Origin: Tricharina praecox
Lineage: Eukaryota
Reading direction: 5' to 3'
DNA: 64,000 nucleotides
Assembly (NCBI RefSeq): GCF_024521635.1
Contig: NW_026250403.1
Span: 3,100,001 to 3,164,000 of the forward strand
Below the pieces are notes generated by a model that had not been told where the DNA came from, did no database searches, and saw nothing but the letters and a program-made list of their open reading frames with translations. The position numbers were made by a program, and so were the translations under genes. Below are positions 1 to 12,415 of the stretch, one piece after another; position 1 is the first letter of the stretch, and every line of letters starts with the position of its first letter.

Positions 1-979
1 ACCCCGCACCCCACCCTGCTCCTCACGAGATCTGACATGCTTGATGCTGCTGGCTTCTCCCAATACCTGCCTCTCCATCCACCTCGTCATGGGCCGCACT
101 CATCAATTGGGCTGGCCCGGTTTCAGCTCCGTATAGTGCGTGCAGAAAGCTTCACGTTCCTCGCTCACCTTCCCACTTGACCGCGACGGATGCCGTGTGA
201 CCCGAACAGCATGCCCCCGCGACGCATGGATGGAGCTGACTTGAGCATTAAGCTTGCTTGCTGCGGTTCCCTGGCGGGGTAAGTTAGCTCCCCCATCTAG
301 CAGGGATGCAGGCGGCCAGGACGGGAAGGCTTCGGTATGCCGACAAAAGACACTGGTCGGGCCGAGACGGACTGCCAAGAGTCGGACGGGAGAGCGACAT
401 CCTTTGTTCACTGTCCAGTCTGGCAGGTGGTAGGTGATGTCAGTCACCCCTGGATGGAAGCGGAAGCGAAATGAAGGAATTCACCGGGCTGAAACGCCCT
501 ATGCGGGACCCTGATCAGCCGCACGATCTCACTGCTTCTGCATATCAACCAACCAACCAACCAACACTACGATCCCACATATCGAATAATCTAGCCATTC
601 TCCGAGAAGAGGTGATCATTGCTTCGTCCGGAATTTTGCTCACGTACGGCGAAGAGGATGCATAATGTCAAGCTGCGTTCGATATCGCCAAGGAAGGATC
701 ATTGTCTGTCTCTGCAGAATTCACATGATTGTTCACTTCATATCACGATGTTTCGCGACAGCTGCACGTCTCCCGAGCACATCGTTTTCTTCGTTTTTAT
801 TTGCCTGCGCATCTGCGCATTGCGTAACGACGGCTTGCGAATCAGTATTAAAGTTCAGCCCCTCAATCCGAACCCTCCCTAAACATAGAAGTAGGCACAT
901 GTACTTCCAGCTCCGTCCTCCATCGGTCAACTCCTCACCATGAACTCCTCGCAAGAATACCTCGGCGACATCAGCAGCA

Positions 980-2678
980 ATGCGTTCCTACCCGCTCGGC
1001 CTCAACCGTTCGTGTATCATGATCCTTCGCATGTTGCAAAGTTTTCTCTGCCTCGCCCCGGCCTACCTGCTCGGGCTCAATATGTGGGGTCTTGATCCCA
1101 AAATCTCGCTCCCACCGTTCGGAAATACCGCAGTGGGGCTATGGATGATTTTGTGTATTGTACGTGCTCACTGTGCTTTGGCTCTGCTATACACGCTAAG
1201 ATTAGTAGTCCATCAGTGGTTTTCCCAACATGATGAGCTGCTTGTTCTGGTATACATATAATGCCGGATCGGAGGGGGCGATCCTCGTGTTTCCGATCCT
1301 TGCGCTGGACATCGCTCTGTTCTTTGTGCCGCTAGTTGGACTGTCTATGCTCGGGAATAGGGAATGGTTGGGGCAGAGTTGCACAGGATATGCGGCATGG
1401 ACGGTGGAGGGGCATAATGATACACTGAGCCCTCAGTGGCGGCCGAGAGACCCACCGCAGTGGATTGATCTTATGGGTAGCGCGTATAGGACGAAGCCGT
1501 TGACGGGGCCTCATATGGAGTGTGAGCAGTTGAAGATTGCTTGGTCCATGGCCAGCTTCAACATGTGCGTATTTCCATGGTTGGTTGAGTCTGTGTTCAT
1601 CCGCTAACTATGTAGCCACAGGACATTTGCCTTTTTCATGCTACTGCTGAGAATGGCGGAAATCCTCTCCATGGAGGACTCATTGCACCGCCGATACCTC
1701 CTCTGGACCGATCCCAACAAGATACCGAGCTTGTTCCGACGGATTATGTACGTCCTACTCGTTTTGTATCCAGCAGCTTGCAGCATAAAGCGAGAAAACC
1801 ACCGTCACGAAAATCGCCCGGAGAGCATATCCTGTCGCCCTTTCTTCCAGGAGTTCTTCAAGTTCAGATGGCTACCATTACCCCGCCGTGAAAAGTCTTG
1901 TCTCGACAGTGAGCAAGACCCCTCCAACCCCATGGGTCTACTCGACCCCGGCCGTCCAGCGAGCGATGCCAGCCTCAGTAGCTTCAATAGCCTCTTCGAC
2001 CTCTACCTCCTTCCCCTCAACCCATACCCCCGTCCCCGTCTCGAGGGAATCCTAAGTATCTACCCCATCCTTAGTGCTCTCACCCTACACCTCCACAGCA
2101 CCGACTTCCGCGCCCTCCAGCAAACTTCAAACACCATCAAAGCCGCAATCCGCCGATCCGTCGGACGGGACACTTCCACTCTAGCCAAGCTGACATGCTC
2201 GCATACCGGCCGGCACGCCGACCTCTTCAAGCGGGCACGCTGCGTGCTATGCGACGAAAACCTATGCCGACTCGTCGACCGGGTTAACCCGGTCAATTTC
2301 ATCCTCCCAACTGCAAAGCGACTTCTCGACCAATGCTGCGGAACTTACATCGCCAACTTCGAAGCGCACGCCCACTGCGTCCGCATCTGCACCATTTGCT
2401 TCGTCTGGCGGAAAGTCGTCAACTGGGACAACGCCGATCTTGACAAGGCACCCTGTCAGTGCCCCGGACTGGGGAACGTCTGGGTTTGTGCAGACCGTGG
2501 GGCGTGTGAGAAGAGGTTGAGGAGGTATTGTGCTACCGGGGATACGTGTGCTGAGTGTTATGGGAGGTTTTGGGACGAGTTCCGGTGGCGCTCGTGGTGG
2601 TGGATCCATAAGGGTGCACCTGGCCACGGAGTGTGCGGGAAGGATTGTTTTGATGGGCCTCACCATCCGTTTACCTAG
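980..2678 (+). CDS. Hypothetical membrane protein (~530 aa): N-terminal hydrophobic helices, F-box-like segment, Cys-rich C-terminus
   Basis: Three ORF pieces join in frame via introns 1160-1208 (GTACGT..GCTAAG..TAG) and 1565-1615/1621 (GTGCGT..GCTAAC..AG). There are several hydrophobic segments, an F-box-like stretch 'LSIYPILSALTLHLHSTDFRALQQTSNTIKAAI' and multiple CxxC pairs (CVLC, CTIC, CAEC). Confidence 0.7.
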
Positions 2679-5354
2679 TGAGGTTTGTGGAGTGTACTCG
2701 GGTGTAAGGGTAAGTGGTGCCTCACCTCGAGCTCATATTCGTACTGGTGGTGAGGCACGACTTATTGGCTGTTCCTGGTACATATGCCAACGAGGTTCCG
2801 GAGTGGGGGAATTTGTATAGGTATCCCGGTGACCTCCGTACCGACTGTAACTCGGCGCTGAAAACTAGATAACTACAGCCGACTAGGGGTCCCGTATTCT
2901 GTACCCAGCACCTCTGCAATGACCTCCGGTAAGAAGTGCTGGGTGATGCTTGCGTGATACTCAGCCTACCGGGGAGCTGTTGTCTCATGTCTATGTAATC
3001 GTTGAACTTTGAAACCGCCGGGATTATCGTTTAGTGAGCAAGGCACCTCATCCCACCGTCATTTCCGCACAGACCGAGCGGTGAGCGGCGAATTTTGAGC
3101 GGATGTCGCGGCGCCACCGCCTTTTGATTCGTTTGATACTCGGAGTGATCCATCCGTTGGTAGGTAGTTGAGTGAACACTTGGACGGCCGAATTCCCTCA
3201 CCTCTTTGTTCGACACGACACGAAGTGCCTTGTCGGACTCGTGAGCGCTGAATCAGTAGGTACTCTAGTGAGTCTGAGGTTGAATGCGCGCGATCCCGTG
3301 TCATATAAGGCGAGCAATTTGTCCCATTGGTGAGAACTGGTGAAATCCAAGGTCACGCCTGTCGAAGGATGAGTGACACCTCATGAGACGGCGCCCACAA
3401 GTCACGCCCCCAGATTCACTTGCGCTGGCTGTCAGCCTTGTTGGAACTTGGGCTGCTCTCCGATCCCCCACGTCTCGTTCACTACCTATCAAACACTTTG
3501 CACCTCCCCATTCCGCCTGGCATATATGGCGGGACAACATGAGAAACGCCATCCGTATCATACAACCTATATCTAGAACGAAGAACCCTCGCTCTCGACA
3601 CGTCCAAGTCCCACCCGCCGAATCCTAGAATACCTTTGTTTTTGTTTAATCAGTAATTGCTTGCGACCAAGTAGATCATGTCAATATATGTACAATACAC
3701 ACTCCGGTTCCCCGCCACTGTCCAATCCGACTTTCATCAAGCGGCCCGATGTAGCTTTTCCTACCCTCCGCTCGGCCTCCTGTCCCAGCAATGAAGATAC
3801 TCTAGAGCACACCAAGGAAATGATTCTAGGAAAAGACATTTTCCGTTCCCTCTCCCTATAGTACTCCGCCCCGCCTCCTGCCTCTTCATCAGGGTACCTA
3901 TGCCATGAAAGAAAGAAAGTGCGGGGAGGAACAGCGGGTGTGATCCCGGCTCCTCGACCTTGGCACCCTACTCCTCCTCCTCTCGCCTCAGCTCTGCCTC
4001 CCTTTCTTCTCACTCCGACGCCTTAAATATCTAGTCTCCATCAGTCTCCGTGTCTCCAATACGAGTGATCTCTCATGCCTCCACCTCCCCTGTCACCCCC
4101 CGGGATCCAAGCCAGCCAGCCAGTCAGCCCCGCATCCACCGGCTTCCAAAAAGAAAAACTCCCCACCACCCCCCGAGATGGACTCCACTTCCCGTATCTA
4201 CATAACTCCACCACCGACGCCGCATCCCCAGCGGCCGGCCGGCGTGGGTCGCGGCGGGAACACCCCCGACCGCACCGACCGCACCGTCCAATACCCACTC
4301 TACTATATATACGGCACATCGCTAGTTTTCCCGCCCCCCCGGGCCGATGCAGGTCTTGCACTAGCACGACGCCGCCACGCCGAGATCAGGATCAGGATCC
4401 ACTGTGGCGGCTGTCAGAGCCGGCAATCTGTCTGGCACTGGTGGATGGGTTGGTGGGTGGGTGTCCAGAACCTCGGTTCCGGGTCTGGCATACGCACATA
4501 CCGTACATACAACATACACAGGGTATTCTACGTACTCCACATATCTACATACATACATACTCCACATGCCAGATCTTGGTACCACTGGAATGGAATGGGG
4601 TGCATTCCGGGGGCCGTTTTAACGTCTCAACGTCGGATCGGAAATGGAAAGGGAAAGGGAAAAAGATTTTTGAAGGGGCCGGTTTGCGGTTGCGGACTGC
4701 GACTTGTGGGACGTACTCGTGTTGCAACTTGCGCGGAACGAAAGCTCGGTCCTGAAGCCTGATTCGTCCCCACGCGGATCAGTACCAAGTAGGTTTTCTT
4801 CATCACGCGTCAGCTTGGCTCCGGAGTCCGGACAATCAGAGTGGTTCCTACGTATGTCCCTACGTATTTCGATATGAACGGCCAATCGCCGCGGCGAGCC
4901 TAGCTCTTAGATCCACACACGAGGGTGGTATGTAAGTGACTAACTAGCCTGCACCGGGCCATTGAGACCGGTAGTTTTAGGAGTGTGTTATTCCACCATA
5001 CGGTGCGCGTGGGTGGTGGTGGGGCTGGAGCAGGAGTGGAGGGAGGGAGTGGAGGAATGCAGGTGTCACGTCTCTCCCTGACCGCCCGCCATTCCCGATA
5101 CCTTTTAACTATGTACACATGTGGGGAACCTGCGATACCGTGTTGGGACATCGCATCGGCACAGGCACCAATGAGCGGCGGCAGCGCACGATGGATCGCA
5201 CGGAACAAAGAAAAGTGGCGGGGAACACGATGATATAAACCTCTTGCGTGCCTCTTCAGCTGGCTAGCTGTGTTCTGTACATACGGTAGTCGGACTGATC
5301 TGTGAGAATCTACATACGACCTTGACTTATTGTACAAGACAAGACAACCACAAC

Positions 5355-6833
5355 ATGGTGATCATCAGCAAGCCTAATAGCGCACTGCGGCTGAAGGTAG
5401 TGATTGTGGGGTATACCACCTCCATCCTTCTCATTCCAGGAGCGTTGCTAACAGTGTCTACAGTGCAGGTATCGGCGGCATGGCAGCCGCAGTGGGCTGC
5501 GGCCTCGCCGGGCACGACGTGCTGGTCCTCGAAGATGCACCGGCCGTACACCTCCCCCCTATCCCCTTCTTGTCGCTGCTCCTCTAACACCCCTCTCCAG
5601 ATCGCTGAAGTTGGCGCCGGCCTACAAGTGGCACCTAACATGATGCGGATCCTGACGCGGTGGGGTCTCCGCGACATCGTGATCGCCAGCTCGGTCTCGC
5701 TGACGAGCGTCCACATCCGGCGGTGGTCGAGCGGCGCTCTCCTCGGCGAAGCGCCCGTCAACAAGTCGTTCGGCGACCAATACGTGATCCACCGGGCGGA
5801 CCTTCACCGCGCGCTGTACGAGCGCGCCGTCAGGCTGCCGAATGTGCGGGTGCGGGTGAACGCGACTGTTGTGTCGGCCGATTTCGGCGAGGAGGAAGGG
5901 GGGAAGGGCGCGGGGGTGCTGTTGAAGGGTGGGGAAAGGGTCAAGGCCGACGTGGTCCTGGCCGCGGACGGGATCAAGTCCCGATTGCGGCAGCAGATGC
6001 TTGGGCTGGACGTGGACACGCCGACGCCGACGGGCGATGCCGCCTACCGTGTTATCCTCCCGCGAGCGGCAATGCTGTCCGATCCCGACCTGCGCGAGCT
6101 CATCGATACTCCGCGGGGCACACGGTGGATCGGCCCCGGACGGCACATCATGGCATACCCGATCAAGGCGCACCAGCAATACAACATGGTGCTGCTGCAC
6201 CCGGACACGTCTGAGGGCAGCGAGGAGTCATGGACCGCGGTGGGAACGAAGCAGGAACTGGTCGATACGTATAAGGGGTGGGATCCGGTGCTGCAAAAGA
6301 TCTTTGCCTTGATTCCCGACGAGAAGGTTATGAGGTGGAAGCTTTGCACGCATGGGTTTTTGGAGACGTGGACGAAAAGTCGTGTGGCGCTGCTGGGGGA
6401 TGCCTGTCACCCTATGCTGTTTGTCGTCCCCATCCGCCCCATCACTCTACTTCCTCAACTAACATGTACCAGGCCATACGTAGCCCAAGGTGCCGCGCAA
6501 GCCGTCGAAGACGCCGCCACACTCGCGGTGCTCTTGTCCTCCATCCCGGACAGATCCTCCATCCCGCAAGCTCTACGGCTCTACCAGATCGCACGAAAAA
6601 CGCGGGCGGAAACGATCCAAGGCACGGCGATGAGCAACCGCGAAGCACTGCACATGCCCGACGGCCCGGCCCAGATCGAGCGCGACACAAAGTTCGCAAA
6701 CATCTTTGGCGGTGGCGAGAACCCGGATAAGTGGGGTGACCCCACGCAGCAGGAGTTTTTGTGGGGGTGGGACGCTGAGGATGCTGCAAGGAAGGTGTTA
6801 GGCAAGGGAGACGGAGTCAGGAGTATGCTGTAG
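5355..6833 (+). CDS. FAD-dependent monooxygenase, salicylate hydroxylase-like (~438 aa)
   Basis: Exons 5355-5410, 5464-5545, 5601-6418, 6473-6833. Splicing restores IVGAGIGG (GxGxxG), 'EVGAGLQ', the DG motif 'VLAADGIKS' and the GD motif 'LLGDACHPMLPYVAQGAAQAVED'. Confidence 0.93.
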   Translation: MVIISKPNSALRLKVVIVGYTTSILLIPGALLTVSTVQVSAAWQPQWAAASPGTTCWSSKMHRPYTSPLSPSCRCSSNTPLQIAEVGAGLQVAPNMMRILTRWGLRDIVIASSVSLTSVHIRRWSSGALLGEAPVNKSFGDQYVIHRADLHRALYERAVRLPNVRVRVNATVVSADFGEEEGGKGAGVLLKGGERVKADVVLAADGIKSRLRQQMLGLDVDTPTPTGDAAYRVILPRAAMLSDPDLRELIDTPRGTRWIGPGRHIMAYPIKAHQQYNMVLLHPDTSEGSEESWTAVGTKQELVDTYKGWDPVLQKIFALIPDEKVMRWKLCTHGFLETWTKSRVALLGDACHPMLFVVPIRPITLLPQLTCTRPYVAQGAAQAVEDAATLAVLLSSIPDRSSIPQALRLYQIARKTRAETIQGTAMSNREALHMPDGPAQIERDTKFANIFGGGENPDKWGDPTQQEFLWGWDAEDAARKVLGKGDGVRSML

Positions 6834-7277
6834 ATATGGAAATTGCGGATACGGAAATTGTAGATATTATTAACCATTCGTGCTTCCCCGTGCTTCCCTG
6901 TGCTGTCGCTGAACGACTGCCGCTGGACTGAGAGATGCATGTACTGTGAAGAATCGCATGGCTCACCTGACTACCTCCACGGGTGCTGGACAGCCTCGTT
7001 ATCAGCGGAAACGCAAAACCAAGCATCCTGACAAAAGTCGGCGATCGGACGGAAGGGAAATGCACGGCACAGATCCATATCCACCTGATATCCAGGTGAG
7101 GAACCTGCAAAAAAAAAGCTTCAGCATCACATCAGCACGACCCAGCGATCACTCGCCCACTCCCCCACAATTCAATCCGTAGAAACGCCCTCCAGCAGCA
7201 TCATCAATTCCTAGCATACATCCCCCCCTCCCCCTCCCCCTCCCCCTCCCCCTCCTCCACCCATTGCCCTCCTATTC

Positions 7278-7748
7278 CTATTTCTTCCCCCCCCCCTCCC
7301 CCACACCCTCTCCCTCTCCCTCGCCATCCCCCCTCCCCTTCCCCTCCGCACCCGCCACCTTCTCGGAAGAATTCAGCAACCCCTCAAGCCCACCCTCCTC
7401 CTCAAACCCCATCCCAAACCTATCCCTAAACCGCTTCAACCGTCCGGCCTCATCCTCCTCGACATCGCGCAGCTCGCGCATGCTCGGATTCCACAGCGGG
7501 TTGTTGCGCACGTCCTTGGTGCTGCGGATGATCCCGCGCGGCGACGTCGTCAGCTGCTTGAACGACGACCCGTCCGATAGAATAATGATCTGGTCCAAAA
7601 GGTACGGCCTCTTTGGTCGCGGGATTAGGTTCGCGCTGCGGGTTTGCGATACCGCGACCGCGAGGAGTGTGCCCCCGGGGGTGGAGGGGAAGAGGGGTGT
7701 GTGAAACGCGTTGCGCAGGCGCAGCACGGGGCGGAGGGAGGGAATCAT
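7278..7748 (-). CDS. MRPL36: Mitochondrial large-subunit ribosomal protein bL31m (MrpL36-like, ~156 aa)
   Basis: Arg-rich presequence-like N-terminus, then 'RPKRPYLLDQIIILSDGSSFKQLTTSPRGIIRSTKDVRNNPLWNPS..EEDEAGRLKRFRDRFG', characteristic of fungal MrpL36. ATG at 7748. Confidence 0.85.
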   Translation of the reverse strand: MIPSLRPVLRLRNAFHTPLFPSTPGGTLLAVAVSQTRSANLIPRPKRPYLLDQIIILSDGSSFKQLTTSPRGIIRSTKDVRNNPLWNPSMRELRDVEEDEAGRLKRFRDRFGMGFEEEGGLEGLLNSSEKVAGAEGKGRGDGEGEGEGVGEGGGKK

Positions 7749-9071
7749 CGGAAGTGCTGTGCTGTGCTGTGCTGTGCTGGGTCGTGGACGTGATGTGGAC
7801 TCGTGGAGTTGGTCGTGCCGCGGGGATGGCGAGGTGAAGGTCAACTTTTTTGCCGGGTAGAGTCCGGTGTGCGGTTTGCCATCCGAGTTCGTGCGTTGCG
7901 CAAAAGGTATGCTCATCTAACCACTTTGGAACACCACGCTGTCTATAGATCACGTGACCTATCGACTTGTCGAAGCACTCGGAAGCCGCAACACATATCT
8001 CGATTCTGTCGTGCGGTCCTTATCCACACAGCTTCACTCGCCCATCCATCCACGTTGTGCGGTCCACAGGAGAAAACCATCAAGTCTCAAGAATCTAATA
8101 GTATGTAGGTGGAAGAAGAAAAAAGGAAATAATATTATCTACACCCGCTGCAGCGTCGGGTATGAACACCTCCACAAGCCCCAGTCCAGTCCAGTCCACC
8201 ATCACTATCCCCATCACCATCCCAACCGTCTATGATATCCCAATCCATCCCGTCCCTTTCCTTCCCTTCCCGTCCCAACTCAATCTCCACCACAAAAAGA
8301 AAGAAAGAATGAAAGAAAGTATGAAAGAAAGAAAGAACGAAAGAAAGAACAGAACTAAAAGTATGCCTTCACTAAGTAATGTAGGGTATGGATAATGGGG
8401 GAGGCAGAAAGCTTTGAAGGTGACAAAGAGGGCAAAAAAAAACGAACACAGAGAGAGAGGGAGATAGAGAGCGATCAAATCCATCCACAAGGCCCCAGAA
8501 AAATGAATCCCAAAGCAAGCCTGTTTTGTCTAAACCCGTCACCACCCAATCTAGCCTGTTCCGTTTTAAGATCCTGAGAACAAATCCAAACCCCGTCCCG
8601 CGAGCGAAGAAAGTGTTAAAAACAATTGACAAAAGAAAAAAGAAGACGATAATCAAGGATAGTATGTGTGGTAATGGAAATATAAACAAAGGAAACGGCT
8701 CGGTTGATGACGAGCTCAGTCACGTCGACGACTATCACTGCATTCTATAGAAGACAACGATGGACAGTCAAAGTAGTCAGGTATCAATTGAGATATCAAT
8801 GGGGAAAGAGAAGAGAATCGAAGAAAAGAAAGAAAGAAGAATAAAAAACAAAGGATATAAACGCCAGCTGCACCAACCCAAACATCATCACCCAAACAAA
8901 ACCAAGTCGAAAAATAATTGGCTGTGGAAAAGAAGAGACACCTGTAGAGACAAACATTGAAATGCATAAATGCCCAGAAGAACCCGGCGCAGGACCAAAA
9001 AGAACCCTTTATCGATCAACCCCAGAAAGATACCAACCAAAAAATCGAACGAGAAAAACACCATCAACCAC

Positions 9072-12000
9072 TTAGGCCAAGTAGACGTAGAGCGTGACTT
9101 GTTCACTCCCAACGTCAAACGCCATCAGCACATCATCATCCGAGTTCATTGATATGTAGTCGCCATCTTCGTCTTGATAGCGAATCCGGATAGATGTTGA
9201 TGGTGCGATCTCTGGACCATTTCCACAGATGCGTACCTTACGTTCGATGCGGTCCATCAGTTGTGCGTAGGCAATGTTGAATGGCACAATGATCGCGAGT
9301 GTGTCGTTGTTGTAGTGAATCTTGACCTTCACCTGGCTCTTTCCGTTGGGCGGTGGAGTCAACACGCCATTGCTCCCGTTCCGATAATCCTGGGGATCAT
9401 CCGTCATCGGACCATGAATGGGAAGTTGCGGGGATGTGGGAGAACTGGTCTCGCTTCGATTGATCACGGCGGGGCCGCCAGAGTACGGAATGTATGATCC
9501 AGGTAGTGAGGGCACCGGGGGAATGTTTCCGCCAGGGGAAACCCGAGACAGCGATGATGACCCGGGAAGGTGATGGATATTCGGACTACTAGCCGACCGC
9601 ATGCGACTTTGCTGATTTCCAACCTGCGTCGCGGAGCTCATCCCGGGCAGAGATGGCCTCTGGAGCCGCTGGCTGTTCTGATATGCTGCATTGTTTTGGA
9701 ATGGAGCATAAGGAGCGGCCCCATTGGGACCTTCTCGTGAAGATGAACGAGACATGCTGGTTGGCGTGTATTGGCCGGGCTCCTCGTAGTATCCGGACCC
9801 CGCAGGGTATCGTGGGAATGGGTAAGCTTGAACGGATGCAGTAGACGCAGTACGGGACATCAAGGGTGTCTCGACGGGTGAAAAGTAGGAACCGTTGCCT
9901 CGTTCTGGAGAGTTCGCCAAGGCTTGGATGGCGGGGTTCGTGTTTAGGGTTAGCGGCGGGGTGTGCGACGGAGGCGGGTACCATGACGGAGGTGTGGCCG
10001 CTTGTTGTCCGCGGGGCAGGAATGCGGCAACGCCTGGTGGCGGAGGCATGTTCTCGTTGGTGGTCGAACGCGATCGCAGACTTGTGGTTGATCCATTACG
10101 ACTAGAAACCAGAGTAGCGCCAGAGAGCTGCGAGAAATGTGGATTGTGCCCTTCCTGCACGATGGTGGCGTCGTCATCGTCATCTGATGCATCTCTGCTA
10201 TCCTGCAGGTCTGCAGTGTCGGTATTGGCCATCCACGCAAACTGAGTCGCTGCGGTCGACTGTCCACTGCCTCTGGCCCGTCCAGGGCCATCCCCTCTCG
10301 TGTATTGGTCCGTCTGCCGCTGTAGAATCTTCTTCCAATGTGTCAGACCTTCTTCGTTCGCATGCTTGATCATGAAATTTTCAACACCCGGATCGCCCTT
10401 CCAGAAAATCTGCAATGTGTAAGATCCTGAAAACACCGTATGTCAGTCAGGTTGAGCCCATTCCCACTGCGTTATTGATATATACCGTTCCGAGCCAGAG
10501 AAATGACATCTGTAACATTCTGCATAAAAATCCGGCCCTTCAATTGAAGATTACTCTTCTTCTTGTTCGCGCCGGGCGCTCCCCGTGCATTTCGCACCGA
10601 CATTGTTTTGTTCTGTTTCTTGCTAGCGCCGATTTCTTTACAACACAAAAGAATACGTTCGAAGAGGTAAATGTAATACTAATCAACGCGGGGTCAGTAC
10701 TTGGACATCACCCCCCGACGTAGGACTACTATTTACCTCTCTCTCAACCTCCCCCTTGATATCACCTTTGATCACGGAGAACTGTCCGTGCAGCAGAAGT
10801 TCTCCGAAGTGTTCTAGTTTGTGACCTTTCCAATCTTCAACACGTCCTTCCAAATCCTTGACAATTTCAGCATTCTCCGCCTTACGGATAGCTTCGTTGA
10901 TTTGACTGTTGATCCGTTCGATGGCCTCTAATCCTTGTGGTAGGAACTTCTCCTCGGACTCCATGGCGGGGGTGTATTTGATCAAATCCTGAGCAACGGT
11001 TAGCCTGCATTCGCCGAAGCGTGATGATGACGATGATGGTGATGATGGTGACGGGGAGACGCACCCTCAGAAGCAGCGGGTACTTCGTGACTCTCTGCAC
11101 GGGCTTGATCAGGAACGCGGTCAAATTGTCAAAGACCGGATGCGGCATCTTGATTAGTTGTTCTCGCGACTCCTGAGCCAAAAGCTGGGCACTGTAAAAG
11201 TTGGAAGCGTATGGTTCATACACAGTAAATGATTTTTCCTATATACGTTAGACGACCGTCGAAGGGCAGAAACCTCTGCGTCTTGGGAGAAACGTACATA
11301 TTGAACAAAAAGATTCCCCCAATTCTGTTGTTCCGGCTGTAGATCATTCTGCGTTTCCACCCTGATCAAGAACCGCCGTTGAAAGTCCACTAACTGATTG
11401 AGGTTCAAGAACAGGTTGTGAATGAGGTCTTTCGAAACAATCTCTTCACGTTCCAGACATCGCATATACTCTTGCAGAATCTCCAAGTCCTGCACGTATT
11501 TCCTCTCCGTATCAACCAGCTCCTTCACTACTCGCGCTCGGCTGTCCAGAGGTTTCTTCTCGGCTTCCGGGCTTGCTTCCGTGCTCCCTCGCTCTAGTAG
11601 GAGGTTACGTTCTTTGAGTATGTCAAGAATCCTTTGAACGGTTCTGGTCACCTATCCGTATGCAATTCCATGTTAGCGTCCGAAATCCCATTTCCTCCCA
11701 GCAAAAAAAAAACATCTAATGAGAAATTCGCCGTAGCAACAGGAAGCGTGGGGGCGACAAAAATCATCGCAACCCCTTTGTGAAACACAACCGCCTTCCC
11801 ATCTAATCCCGGCGACCATGAAAGAGCAAAAGGAAGAAAGCTGAGCTGATAGCGACGCACCTTCACAAAGCCGTTTGTATCGTCGGAGTAGAGGTTGTGG
11901 ATCATGAACGCGTCATCGCCGTCGATTTGCAATTCCTGTTTGATTCCCTTCAAAAAGTGGAATGTCGCGGCTTTACAGTCGTTGACTGTTTTCAAGCTCG

Positions 12001-12415
12001 GACTCAGCCGAGCATCCTGGATGAGCTCGGCGGGCTGTGTCGCGTTGAACAACACGCAGAGACTCGATCCCATCCGGAAACACCTCCACAATTGCGTGAC
12101 GGGGTCTTCTGGCACATTCGGGTCCGCGTCTTCTGGCGGTTCAAGGAACTTCTCGAATTCCGGAACATCTCGTAACCGCTCACGTAGCGTGAGGCATGTC
12201 TGGTAGAGCCCCTGAGCTGGATCCGCCCCCCTGTTGATGATGCTGTCGCTCGCGGTCGGCGCGGACATGATCGAGACCGACGGCGTGTTCGCACCGTTGC
12301 CATTCTGGGCGGCCATTCCGTTCGACGGAGTTCCGTTGGTCGTCATTGTGGTGTTTATGGAGGCCGGCGCCGTGTTGTTTCGTAGTAGGGTAGCCTGTTC
12401 GATTTCCACGGTCAT
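9072..12415 (-). CDS. CDC24: Rho/Cdc42 guanine nucleotide exchange factor Cdc24/Scd1 (~960 aa; CH, DH, PH and PB1 domains)
   Basis: Exons 12415-11861, 11651-11298, 11238-11065, 10988-10737, 10678-10486, 10426-9072 join in frame through GT-AG introns. Motifs: CH-like 'LWRCFRMGSSLCVLFNA', DH 'VVKELVDTERKYVQDLE' and 'FLIKPVQRVTKYPLLL', PH 'FGELLL', PB1 'IRYQDEDGDYISMNSDDDV'. Confidence 0.96.

Noticed and set aside
5312-5330. ACATACGACC, resembling the start of fungal 5S rRNA
   Set aside because: The match ends after 10 nt and no internal 5S sequence follows.
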